DNA of 63,624 nt, filler included. It is 17 parts of 17 records of this genome, joined end to end, with 100 filler letters (N's around TTAATTAATTAA, not from the genome) between each part and the next. Parts side by side here need not be neighbours in the genome. Positions count along the whole stretch, not along the records: positions 1 to 12,035 come from SRR9670534_568; positions 12,136 to 15,843 come from SRR9670534_570; 15 more parts are not named here. One strand, 5' to 3'. This document shows positions 1 to 13,255 of the stretch, piece by piece. A program made the position numbers and the translations under genes. Numbering within the stretch: the stretch's first letter is position 1; the number at the start of each line of letters is the position of its first letter. Under the pieces are notes generated by a model, which saw only the letters and a program-made list of their open reading frames with translations, was not told the origin of the DNA and made no database searches.

Positions 1-645
1 ATGTGGTCAATTTTCCTATGGGATTTCTGTAAAACTTTCAAAGGGGGTGGAGGACTTTCTAATTTTATTTTTAATCTTTAATTAACCTCTACCAGAAAAT
101 GCGTGAAGAGAGTCTCAAATTTTTTTTCTGACACACCCCAGCTAATGACCATGGATATTCTGTAATCGTTACACAAATTCTGTTAAGCTTCTGAAAAATG
201 TTTCAATTGACATTTAGCAAAACGTAATTATTTCAACAGGAAACTTCTCAAACAAGAAAAAAAATGTTCTGTATAAATAAGGTGCAATTCTCAATTAACA
301 TTTTTATTGAAATAATTCAACTTACTGATTACTAGGATAATACGGAAAATATATATTATATAAGCAGCATGACTTGAAGATTCACTAATACAATTTATTG
401 ATATACAAGCGATTTATAGTCATCTATTTTTATCTAACTTTTATTTATTATTAATGTACGGTATAATAATACAACTAAGCATAACTACGTAGCATACTAC
501 TCCAATAATAAAAACGCTACTTTTTCGCATGGAATTTCCATGATGGAAAGAATGCGCGATAGAAAGCTGTGCAAACTGTGCAAAATTGCAAAATACATAT
601 TATTATTAACAAACACATATATGCGTATAAAAATATGTAGAAAAA

Positions 646-3600
646 TTAGCTATATTTTTGATCCAAATTAGATTTGCCATACGTAAGTCTTAAATACTTC
701 TTGGATAATGCATCTGAAGAAGAATCATTGGACCATGGATATGCAGATGCAATCCAATCCATAGGTTCATCGATGTGAAGAGATTTATATGCAATACCCT
801 TAGATTCTGCTAATTTTATAACTTCCACTAAATATGGCATGATTGAGTAATTCCAAAGATCCGTAAACCAAATTTCACTAGATTTGACATCCATTGGAAA
901 GGTAAGAAACAGTCTGGGAGACATTGATACGTCGATTGTTGCCAAGGAGGCTTCAATTTTACCAAAAATTGAAGAGTTAAGGTATTCCCAAAACTTGGTC
1001 AGCCATTCTACAATCTTGGCCAGTTCAGAATTTGCAAAACCATTTGTGGCTTCCTGATCATAGTATTTTCTCCTGAGAAGTCTTTTGAGAAGGCCCTTTG
1101 TTGGTTCTATCTTGTTTGAGCATATAATCCACTTGAAATTGTGGTGAAGCTGTAAATTTTGACTTATATCAAGGCCAGAACCAGTAGGGACAGCTGCTTC
1201 ATTCATAGTTCCAATAATAAATGGACTAAAATTCGATTATCATTATGAATTATAATTTATTAACGCTACACTCTTCAATAAATGGCGGCAGTGGTTTAAT
1301 TACAGCCTTTTTATAAAAAGACTACATACTATAGTTGGTTTAGAAAGCTTGTGGGATTTGAAAAAGTCTTTCATTTAACCACACCGTCATCTTGTACAGT
1401 AATATAATTTGAGAGTAAAACGTTAATATTTTTAATTTATATTCGAATAGCTAAAATTGATTTTAACCTTTTTTCAATTTGTACTTAAATTTTGAATTCA
1501 TTTTTTAAATGCTTATATTTCTTACAAACAAGTTGTAAAAGACGTATAAAACATGAACTTCTAGACCAAATCAAAAAATAATATTATCAACAAAAAGATG
1601 CCGCTATTAATACGACTATTTTTACCAATTGGGCAACTGCACAGACAAAAACCCATTAAAAACTTCCCCAATATGTTGCACTTGGTGCAGATTCTCCAAA
1701 ATTATAACTTTGGGAAGAAAGTCAGCACATTCCAATGGAATCTCTTGAGTGAACTGTTCAGCCAAATTGGCTAAATATTGTTTTAGTTCTTTGCCCGATT
1801 TATGGTCAACATTAAAAGTTACTATAGATCCTGTATTGAGTTGTTGTGCACACCTAAATACTGACGTTTAAAACGGTAATTCGTAAAGGAATGTTACATA
1901 CTTTTGCACGAGAAAGGCAGACAGTTTTCCTGCAATGAAGGATTTACCAGTACCGGAAGGACCGGACAGAATGATCCTTTTATTTTCCAACAAAACGTTA
2001 AGTAATCTATCCAAAATAGCTTTTGGTATAAGTGTATCCAAAGCCAATTCATCTAACGAATTCTCTTCAGCATTTCGAATTTTCAGCTTTATTTCCATGT
2101 TCTCCCCGTACAAGTAGCCACATGGCAAAAGATCTGGTTCTCTATCTGCAATAAATAATTTGTCACAGAGTTCATTCATGCTTATGCACTAATTAAGCAT
2201 GTTCAATTATTAATTAATAATTAAGCTTTAAATGGTAATTACTTTTTTCAAGTTCTGTTTCAGAAGGAATGAGACGCTCAATTTCCCCGACAGTGTAGGA
2301 GCGTACACTATCCCCACTCAAACCCAAGCCATTTTCCTCATCCAACCTGTACACGTAATCCTACGATGAGTAATACGATATTATTAATAATATCCTTTCA
2401 CCAAATGATTCATGGTTATTAATAATAATTAAAAATAGACAACCTTAAAAAGCTTCTTGATGATTTTATCAAGCAACTGCCAGCTGCTTTTATTATTCAA
2501 AAGAATAATTGCAATTTTGTAAGTCACAGGCTCGCTCGACCTGGCGTCGATACATAGTTGGATCGAGATGGGCACCTTCCTACAGTTCTTGTTCGTTACC
2601 AACTGCAACAACTCATCTGAAAAATTACTCTCGTCACAATTAAGCACATATGATGAGTCAACATTGATGACGTATTTGAAAACTTCTAACTAATGTTGTA
2701 TAATTAGCATTATTCATACCAGTACTCTTGGGGGTTGCTGACTCATTCCTGATGTCATTGGAAAGGGTATTTTCAGTCAGAAATGACTGTTTGGTAGCAT
2801 CGATAACACAGGTAGCCAAACCATGACTAGATATCAAACTTCGCAGTTTACTATTGTCCACCTTCAACAGGTGCAAGACTTCACTTGTTTTCTTCAGTTT
2901 TTCCTTCAACTCATCAATTTGGTGAGCCGATGACAATGCTTCTAATTGAATATCTGTCAATTTGGCATCCTTTTCTTGCAATTCCATTCGAAGATCCTTT
3001 ACAAGAGTATCAGAAGACGATGATGCCGACTGCTGTGGTAAATAAAAAATTCCAGATGGTGGAGCACCATTTGGAGTACTTAATCCAGAAGAATAAGCGT
3101 AATTAGAATGATTCTGATGGCTTAGGGGCAAACTCAATCTGCTACTACTTCCAAGCATTGGTGAACTTGGCACTGAATTGTTTGTGTTTTTAACTCGGGA
3201 AATAGAAATGGGAGACTTCAGAGAATATGTATCATAGTTAGCCACTTCAGCATCAGAAACGGAACCATCGGTTTGTCTTTTGGTATTGTTATGCTTTTTG
3301 CCACTACTGAATGCCTTACCAAAAGAACTTCGCAGCTAAAATTTTAGAAATATAACATTTCAACTTTAAATTTAAAGTAACTAAAATTTAAAAATAGCAA
3401 ACCCAGTTCTTCCTAGTTGTACTGGCTGTAGACTTCTTGCACATTTCAGACTTTGTACTGTTGATTGAAGTGATAGAAGAGACACTATCCGTAGACATCT
3501 GTCTAACTAAATTAGAGCCAAAATTGTCAACGTGACTATAGTCATGATTGGTAAGTTTGCTAAGTTCATTTTTAAGCCTCATATTCTCAGTTTCCTTGGC

Positions 3601-6600
3601 TTCTTTGGATTCAGTCACATTTTGAAGCCTTGAAGTCATGTTTGCCAAACTTTGCTCAAAAGCTGCTACTACGTGTTGCTAAAAGGAAAAACTCCTACAT
3701 TTCAAGTACAATATTCATTTTAAATTTTAATTAACAAAACTATAACTATATTTTAAATAAACCTGTCTTGGATTTAAAAGAATAAACTGCGAACGACTCA
3801 TAAGGAATAATGAAAACTAACTATGTAGAGCTCAAAAAGAAAAACACCAACGTTGGTGAACTTACGGGGTCAAGCACAAAGAACAATGAGTAAGTATTAA
3901 GATTACCAAAACTTTAATTATTAAAGCAACATAACTGATGGCAAAATGACTCAATGACTAGGAGTCATCACTTACATTGGTAGCTAGTTGAGTGCTCAAA
4001 CTGCTATTCTTTTCTCTTTCCGACTTCAATTCTCGTAAGAGTTTCCTAATCTAAAAATAAAAAATAAAATTACCAAAAGATGTCAGTCTTATTGAAGACA
4101 AAATCCATAAATTAGCCAGTTATTAATAATTTTATGAGCAAGGTAGGTATGTTTCATACTTCGGATGCTTGTTTATCTTCATTCTAAATACAGAAAATTC
4201 TTTAGGTGTAATCTAACCCTCAAAGTGTGATATAACATATTGATACACCTACTGCAATAACATACCGATTGTACGGAGCTGGTTGTTGAGACCAGTGATA
4301 ATGAACTACCAAAACCTAAGCATAAAATGAGAAAGGTTAATAATCAATACTAATTAAAAGAATGAACAATGACTGCTACTACTAAGCTGCTCTAACATAT
4401 GTTTTCTGATACTTATCAACAAACTTACCATTATTTCCATCGAAGCAACCAAAGCTTGTAATGCTATTACTGCCACTTAATGATTCTAAATTTGTACTCA
4501 AATTCTTCCCTGAAGAGCCTCCAGCCAAGGATGACCCCGGGCTTCCACTTCCATTCGTTAATAGACTCAATGATCTAGCATGATTGTTGCTATCATGTGC
4601 AGCAGCTAAAACTTGCTTTCCAGTGACCATACCAAGGGCTTTTGCAGCTGAAGTGTATCCCCTTGTCGATGCAGAACTAAATTGAGAAGCAGAATCGACA
4701 CTTTCGTCATCCTGACTGGTACCATTTGCACCATATTGCGGAGAATGCCCACGTCTTTGATTACTTCTGTTATTAATAGCAAGTGGAGGCTCAGATACAT
4801 ATCCTGACAAGTTGGACATCGTTTCCATTTGATCTTTTCCAGCAGTAGGATTGGAAATAATCGTAACGTCCTCCCAATTGGTACCATTTGGTTTGGTAAA
4901 CATCTGATGCTGATGCTGATTGGCTTGGTCTTGTTGTTGGTGTTTCATAAACTTAAGTTTACCATTGCCAAAACGACCAAGAGATCCCCAAGCATCATAA
5001 CTGATTGGAGCTGGTAATTGGCCATCTTCTTGATTCAGCATTTTTGATCCGGGTGAGTCTCGCGTGTTTGGCAGTGATAATTCATGCTTGTGAGACACGT
5101 AAGCAGTATCGCTTAAATAGCCATTGCTAACCCACGAATTGACGGTGTCATTTTTCGGGGAGGATGAAGACGTTAGAGATGATTTCGCTAATTTAAGATT
5201 TGCTTTGATAGAACGAGCAATTGCCAAGGCTTGCCTCGTTGAACTGACGTTGTTTTCGTTGTTACTACTATTGTTACCATTTTCTTCAGGAGTGTTTTTG
5301 AATAATTTCAAATTTGAAAACATTTTGTCATTATTATTATCAGGGGTGGAATTTTCAGCAGGTCTCTGCTCAAACGTTCTAGGCAAGGTATTTGTTGTGT
5401 TGTTGTTGTGAGTATCAACAATTTTGGCTTTTTCAGGAGGAGAACCAAGCCTTTTCAGAGATCCATAAATGACAGAGCCAGAACCAAATGAGGGAGAGGA
5501 ATTAAATTCATCAGTACTACTAATATCTGCAATGACATCGCTGATTCCAGAACTGATTGATCCAGTGTCAGTTTCGGCCAGTCTACTAAATGGTCACACT
5601 GGTCACTAAGTAATCATTTAATACATGTTCTAATGCATAATATATTACACCCTCACAAATACCCAGTATGTGGTACCGAACCCTGGCCAAAACAAATGAC
5701 CATATTTGACATATGGATTCAATAAGTTAACTAATAATTTGATTTGGCCAAAATTAATATTTTATGATCAAGCAAAATGTCGTTAATATAAAGCCTTCAT
5801 AAGTAAACGTCTGTCACTCTGCATCCCTAAATAACAATTATAGCAAAAGGAAATAAATCCAAATAGGGCTTCAATTAGTAAATGCATTGAAGTAACCAGG
5901 ACAGCGAGTAAAAGCAATTATACCCTAATATGTATTGCAAGTGTAGTAGTTCTCTTGCAGAATTTAATGAGCAGGGCAAGGAATGAACTAACTAACTAAC
6001 GAATGAACAGGCAGGTATAAGTTACACACATGTGTTAAGTAAGGTTTCACTTGAATACTGATCAATTTCACTAATAGCCTGACATTGTACATATGTGGCA
6101 GTGGAGAGACATCATCCTTCGTCCATCCGTGATATGAATTTGCAATAAAATGAGCAGACGTTTCTGCATTTGAGTCATAAATTAGCATATCATATTTGTT
6201 AGATGAGACAAACCTGGATTCTTCGGGTATCTTAATAAATTTTCGGCCAGCTGCAAAACCACTTTTATACTGATCAATCAATTTTCTCCTTTGAAGGAAG
6301 TGAGAGGTGCCTCCTCCGCCCCCCTCACTTGCATACCCAGCAATATGGTCTCCTTGCGTCATAATACCTGGATTTGCAACACCAACATGATGGTCACCGT
6401 TATTATTATTATGAGTATCAGACAATTTAAAGATTTCACCGTCAGAAAGATAGCCGCACTGCAAGTCAAAGGAAGCGTCGGATTCTGGAGCACCACCTTG
6501 TGGAACTTTCTGATAATTGCTGTTATCAAATGCTTTGGTAAGCATGAGTCTATTTGCATAGTGAGAATTGTCACTTTGAATGGGAGCCATTGATCTAACT

Positions 6601-9600
6601 TGTTCCATGCCATTGTTACTATTATTGGCATTGTTGCTATTTTGACCAAATGCAGATTCTGATTCTAAATGAAGATTCCTTGGTAAGGATTTGGCAGTGT
6701 CCATCATTAATAAAGAGTTATTCTTAGAAATGGCAGCAGTATTAGTATATATGACACTTTCAAGGCTTGTTCCAGTATCATCACTGGCAGTTCCAGAAGA
6801 ATCCTTGATTGCATTCGATGATTTCTGATCCTTATTATTATTGGTTGTTAAATGACTAGTAGTCCTTGGGGGTGGAGCAGGTTTCTTTGGAGCTTTTTGT
6901 TGACTAGAATGTTTATTACCAGAAGAAGATGTAACATTTGTTGCATCGTCTAAAACAGCGCTTTTGCTACTGTCTGCTACTGAAGGAGGTTTGATGCGTG
7001 ATTCATCTCTCTTTTCCCAAACAGTGTTGTCAAAGCTAGTTGCCCTCAAATTTGAACTTTTTGTATGAGGTTGTGGCAATTGTTGCTTCATTGTTGGCAA
7101 ACTTGAATTAGTGGCACCAATTTTAGCTTTTGGCTTTCGAATATGACCAACACCAGCCTGGATGCACATTTCCCTCTTTGAACCACTGACTTCGTCCTTA
7201 TTATGAGACCCAGAACCAGAGGAATTCTTGCTCCCTGGTCTGGGGATGCCAGTGGAATTGGTTGAACTTGCTGTGGATGGTGGATAATTTGTGGTGATTG
7301 ATCCACTGGAAGTATTGCTAGCCACAGATTGTCGCTTCGTAGTTGGACCAGATAAACCAATTACAGCTTGTGCTTTTGTCTTTGGCTTTTTAATGGAAAT
7401 CTCAGAAACACGGCTCTCATTTAAAGTACCACTTGAAGAACTTCCTGGAGTGGGAAGCTTGCTAAATCCTGCAGGTGAGGCCGATTTCCGACCTCCAAAT
7501 GACGACTTTATTCTACTTCCAGAGGAGTCTGTGGATTTTCCAGGAATCGGAGAATTGTTCTTCTTATCACCAAAAAGTTTATCCAGCATAGATCCACTAC
7601 TACTACTAGCACCATGACTGATGTTACTTGCACCAATTGTCTTGTTTATAGGCAATTTTGAATGTTCAGATTTATTAGGAGCACTATTACAACCTAAAAA
7701 TAAGTACACCAGTAGGTAATGTGCGTTACAATTATTATTAAATAAGTACAGTGGTAAAGTTAAAATTAAATTCCTGCTAGCAACATACGAGGAGGCTGTC
7801 TTTCTGGTTTGGGCGAAAAGCCAGAAGTCGTGGTAGACATATTTTGTGCATTACTATTCTTCTTGCCAGTAAATGGTGAAGGCAATCTAAATGAGCATGA
7901 AATTTTACCACAACAAACTTTAAGCTTAAAATATCACACAGACTCTAGGAAACCAACCTTAGGAGCTTTTGCAAATTGTCCCACATATTAGTAATTAAGC
8001 AATAAACTGCTAAGTAACGTTCGTTGCTATGTCATTACTTACTATGTATTGAAAAAGAAAAACCCACAAATAACGAACGTCAGGCAAGCAAACAAAGAAA
8101 TTTTTCAGTCTAATTATTGCTAATCCTGCTTTTCATACAAGATCAGCACCGTAAAAGCAGATGGAGAAGCTTTATTACATATTAGCACCTGTCATACAAA
8201 AGCATCTCCATTGATTGAAGTCAATTAGCAAAAGCAAATCAAAAAAAGATTGGTCGCAGAGAGGCGACATCTTTTCTCACCTGGAAGACGACGTTTTCTT
8301 CATGCGCAATAATTTACCAAAGCCGAAAGAATTCTTGGAAGAGGAGGATGAGGAATTTTGAGAATTTGGCAATTTTTTAGATCCAGTTGTAATCCGTTCT
8401 TGCTTGAACTTTGAAAGGTTAAAACACAGGTCAAGAATAACTTTTAAATTACCATCTCTGATGTCTAAAATTAATCAAAAAAAGTTGTTACAACTGCAAC
8501 AATGAAATAAAGCAATAATAACTACAGTAATAAACCACGGACAGCAGAACAAATTCAAAATGGTGAAAAAGGTTTAACATCTGTCGCATGCCTGCTCGCT
8601 CGCTTGGTCTCATAAGAGAAGAAGAAGCAACCAACACGCAAACATAGCAATAAAAAAGTACACATAACAACAGGATTATATTGTAATGTTATCACAAGTA
8701 TGAAAGCAGCATGATTCATCCCAAGATAATCGATTACTGTATATACAATATATTATTATTAATAATAATACATATCACAAACAAGAGGATAATAAATAAC
8801 ATTGTTACATAAAAGGCTTGCTACTGTTTATTATAATATGACCTGGAAAGAGGCCAAATTCCAAACACATTCCAAAAGCAATTTAGAAAATTTCAGTTTA
8901 ATTTCTAATGTTTAAAATTTAAACTTTAAATTTAAAAAAATTAAAATTTTAAAAATTTCAAACCACTCTTAATAAGCCTTTGAATTCAAACTTTTAAAAT
9001 TGAAAGAGAGCTTATTAAATTACCTGCAGAAGTAATGCCATCTAAAACTACACCAAGATCATTTAAACTCAGTAAGCAACAGTTGATATTTTCCAGCTGA
9101 AAAGGAAAAATGAAACCCTCATGCAGGGGTATGTTTGACATATAATAACAATACTACAAAGAACCACCTGGAGTTAACCTAAACAATAGGTGGGGTGGGC
9201 AATACAAATTAGGCTATAGCTAATAGTTTGTTTTTGAGATTACCTATCATAGACAGGTGGCTACAATTATTCTATATATATAGATAGTATCGCATATACT
9301 ACCTTGCTCAACGATCAAGGCTCAATAATGCCTGTTGACATTTAATCAACGATCAAAATTCCGTAACTTAAAACAACTTTAAAATTCAGTGACTGAAATT
9401 TCAACTTTCAAAATTAAAAAGTTAATTAAAAAAAATTTTATCAAATATTTTTTAATTTTTAAATTTTTTAAATTTTCTAAATTTTTAAATTTTTTAATTT
9501 TTAACTTTTTAATTTTTTAAATCTTTTATTCTATAATTAAAATTAAAATTATGAAACTAAAACTTTTAATAACTTATCACCAATTATACATTTAAATTTT

Positions 9601-10148
9601 GTTCAAATCGAATTTTAGTCTTTAGTAAATGAAGAAAAGTTACCATTTGATGTGCATTTTTTGGTTTGGGCTTTATGTTGGCTACTTTATATCCAGCTAA
9701 AATGATAACTGTTTATATGTATATAAATATTAGGCAATGTGGTCATTTAATCATAATTCATCGGTTGTCATGTCCATCCATTAACATAGAACAGAAAACA
9801 AAACTACTTACTGACAGCTTCAATAATATTTGCCAGCAGTATTCCGTCATTAAGGTCATTTTGCAGATCTGTTACAGTTTCATTGCATTTGGCTTTTTCA
9901 AGGTAATGATTTACCCAGTCCGTGTACAGCTAAAGAAAAGAAGAAGAGGATGTATTAGCATTTTTAATAACGTCTAGCAGTAGCAATGTAATATTGTAAT
10001 AATGGTATTATTCTTAATAATATATGAGGAAAAAATTCCCAAGACATCAAAAGTTGTTCACAACAACCTTCAGTCGCAGAGAATTATCTAGAGAATTGAC
10101 CAGAACTAGTCTAAAGTCTTTGGTCGTAGCATTTTCTGTGGTTTCCAT
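646..10148 (-). CDS. NAV: Neuron navigator (NAV/unc-53/sickie family), multi-exon, apparently complete
   Basis: Spliced by hand. CH-domain exons: 9812-9929 (LYTDWVNHYLEK...DLNDGILLANIIEAV), 9644-9696, ~9024-9096 (LENINCCL), ~8281-8464 (IRDGNLKVIL). Ser-rich ORFs 5988-7709 and 4382-5386; GSSLSLVSTTSS; coiled coils (AAFEQSLANMTSRLQ; ELQEKDAKLTDIQLEALSSAHQID); AAA Walker A SGPSGTGKS in exon 1902-2145; TFNVDHKSGKELKQYL (1626-1853); last exon 646-1225 (CPFIIGTMN...WFTDLWNYSIMPYL). Putative ATG at 10148 (METTEN...). Confidence 0.93.
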
Positions 10149-12035
10149 CTTCTTATAAGACTTTTCCTGATAATTTGCAAAAGCAAAACACAGTAACACT
10201 TTTGCAAAGGATTATAAACCAGAAGAGTCAGAGCTGTGTTATATCTAAGCAAACCAAGTGGAAGAAATAAATATGCATGTTAAAGCAGAAACATGCCCCC
10301 AAATGGCCGGCCATTGCCTGTCACGTTCATAAACCAAAAGCTGGTTTGTTAATTTTTAGTTGGATGGCTCCTCAGTCAATCGAAATATGTGGATTGACAG
10401 AAAATGTAATATCAGAATCATCAATTATCCCTGCCAAGGTAATAAACAAGCTGACTTATACCCAGTAGCAAAGGGCAAAATATATAATGGCATTATTAAT
10501 GGCGCAAGCAAAAATTTATCACCTGACGTTAACTTAATTATTTATTTTGTACAATTCTCAGATTTCAAAAAAAGATGTCGCTATTTATACCATAATTTTC
10601 GCTGGCAGCAGATTCTGGGGATTCTAATTTATGCTTGCCGCTCGCTGGTGATTGATTTTTGAGTGCCATTTGTGCAAAAAGATGACCATACTGCCATTGT
10701 TGCAGACAAAGAGTTTGATTGATGATGGGATCCATAGGAATTATATAAAAGTGTGCTTAATTTTTTCATATGAAAAGTGCTTCATCATCTCAATCATTGT
10801 AGTCATTTGCCAAAGGATAGTACAATGCGTAACTCCTTTATCATCATCATGATTAATAATTAAGTTAGGGCCTAACTATTAGTAGGCTTATCATACATAT
10901 GTTGATACGACTTTGAAATAATTTATGATTTTATAGTTTGCCGAACGCACACAAAAGGTTCCAAATTAGTAAATAATTGTATACAAAATAGTTGCGTGAT
11001 GAGTTCGTTAGACTCCAACAAAACTTTTCCTGCTATAATTAAAAGGGTATTAATCAATACTTTGTAATTATTATTCCAAAACTCGCATACAAATACTCCT
11101 TTGACCCATGGTCATACATATGCGCGTTGGGAGTGTTCAGTCCATCCAAAAAAGTTATTATTATGTTTCAATAATACCACTGCTGTAGTACAGTTCACAA
11201 CTTTACACAAGACAGGGAGTGTTGTAAAACAGCTGAACCATGCGACTGGATTTAGCCCACAATCAGCATCATCATGATAATATAATAAAGTAATAAAACA
11301 GGGAACCACTGATGTAACCACCTCTTTCCCCCCATTTCACTCCCAGTATCACATAATAATGTGTACTAATCTGGAGGAGTTCGCATCGATTTAAAGCATT
11401 AATTTAATTCAGAGCAAAGAATAACAAAGACTTGCGTAGGACAGAAAGGATGAATCACCAAGTTCTGGTGGAATGATTAACATAAATAATCAGTAAGGAG
11501 TAATTGCCAAAAAACATTATCATTAGTGTTGGTAAGTTGTTTCGCACGACAAGCTACCTTACATCAGTAGTAAGAGCACTCACCCCCATGACAATAAAGA
11601 TAACGGTTTAAACATCAGTATAATTACAACGTAGTCTGCCATACAGTACATATATCTGTGTATCATTACTATTATTTACATTTCAGATAAATAATTATAG
11701 CTTATAGTGCAATAATAAGTTTACTTAATTCTACATGCATGTAATCACTGCAAACATGGCAAATTCAGCTATCATTCACTTCGTGTAGATGCATAATCAC
11801 GTATGTATTATATATGTATGTACATAGTACATTTATGTATTGCACTTACAGTTACTTATTAATAATAATGTGCTACAAAAAATGTACACAAAAACGTTTT
11901 TCTACAAAGCCAGGTTGAAATGGAATAGATATTTTACGCTGCAAGTTTCAAATTACAAGCCAGTCTTATTATTTATAAATTATAATACATACAGTAGTAG
12001 CCTATTAGTAGTACGCAGTTTTTGTCTAGTATATA

Positions 12036-12135
12036 NNNNNNNNNNNNNNNNNNNNNNNNNNNNNNNNNNNNNNNNNNNNTTAATTAATTAANNNNNNNNN
12101 NNNNNNNNNNNNNNNNNNNNNNNNNNNNNNNNNNN
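12036..12135. other. Artificial contig-joining linker (44N-TTAATTAATTAA-44N), first of 16
   Basis: The identical 100-nt spacer with stops in all six frames also occurs at 15844, 22538, 25497, 27650, 30597, 33830, 37473, 41718, 46564, 48684, 51110, 53884, 56407, 58896 and 61335. Genes are cut at these points, so adjacency across linkers carries no biological meaning. Confidence 0.98.
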
Positions 12136-12470
12136 ATCAATATATCTTTTTTCAAATCAGTTATAGTAATTACTAATATCCAATTCCTTGATTTTCAAAA
12201 TTGCTTGCAACATACTGTACAATTGAAATCTTGCAATAAAGATGTATTATTATGCATTGTAACATTTTTGTTAAAAGATGGGCACTTAATAATAATACTA
12301 TTGACAATAATGTCAAAGTTCAAGAATAAAAAAAAACAATTATTGGAAACAGATACATACTATGGCATACAATTATTATTAAAAAGTGAGTATAAATTAT
12401 AAAGTGGGTTACATTATGCAGTATAATGTAAGAAAAAGCTGTGTTATTCTATAATATACAATATATTATT

Positions 12471-12560
12471 ATTACATATTAATAATAGGGAGTGAAGGTA
12501 TTATTGCAATATTACATATTAATAATAGGGAATGAAGGTATTATTGCAATATAACATATT
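12471..12560. repeat. 40-bp tandem repeat, about 2.25 copies
   Basis: attacatattaataataggga(g/a)tgaaggtattattgcaat is repeated head-to-tail. Confidence 0.85.
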
Positions 12561-12563
12561 ATA

Positions 12564-12756
12564 CAGGTACTTATGAGAATCTCAGATAACCTGGACAATT
12601 AAAAAAATTGTTATGTACTGTATTGTATGAACTGATATAAATGACATTTATTAAATGTGCAAACCACTGAGCCACTTACACTCACTGTGGATTCCACATA
12701 CATAATTATTTAGAGTGTTTGTCCAGTGCTGGTCCAGGTAACCTGAGTAGTACCTG
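12564..12756. mobile_element. Possible degenerate MITE/foldback element
   Basis: Left end ta|caggtact...ctcagataacctggac and right end gtccaggtaacctgag-tagtacctg form an imperfect inverted repeat. No clean TSD on the right. Confidence 0.35.
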
Positions 12757-13255
12757 CCAGATTCCGACTCATTTCGCACACTAGAGAAAGTGTTAGTAGA
12801 TAATGCAAGGGAAATTCCATTTTAAAATTTTCTTTTATTATTTTAAAAATGGAATTTCCCTATCACTTGTCAGTTCTTAATAATAATAGTACCAACAATT
12901 TTTTGGTAATCCAAGTTCTCTGATTGTGAGATCAAAATTTGATCATCAAATATTATGTCACATTTATACAATATCTCTAGTTTAATTATTAATAATACTA
13001 CCTTACACGAAAACAGTGTTTTCGGAAAAAAGTTTTCCTGCTATTGAGTAAAAAATCTTCTAAAATACACTTTCATGGATTAAAATTAAGTAAAATCATT
13101 TTAAGTACAAGGATATTACACAGTGTCTAATTATTATTCTAATAATAATATATTAATGGTGTACATTAGAATAATAATATTAAAAACTATATAATTGATC
13201 ATTATCAATAAAGAGTAACTGAATTTTGAATTATTATAATTTAGTTAGAATAACG

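Noticed and set aside
1935-7617. Short + strand and alternate-frame ORFs inside NAV exons (similar ones overlap the channel, CAP, sulfatase, Rac and ninein genes)
   Set aside because: These are antisense or off-frame shadows of real exons with no independent support.
9415-9545. T/A-run arrays in NAV and ninein (55300-55528) introns
   Set aside because: Low-complexity slippage repeats with no defined unit or function.
10277-12035. Short ORFs upstream of NAV (similar ones at 28836, 35269, 38625, 52994, 62174)
   Set aside because: Translations are Ile/Tyr/Asn-biased or featureless, as expected from AT-rich non-coding DNA.
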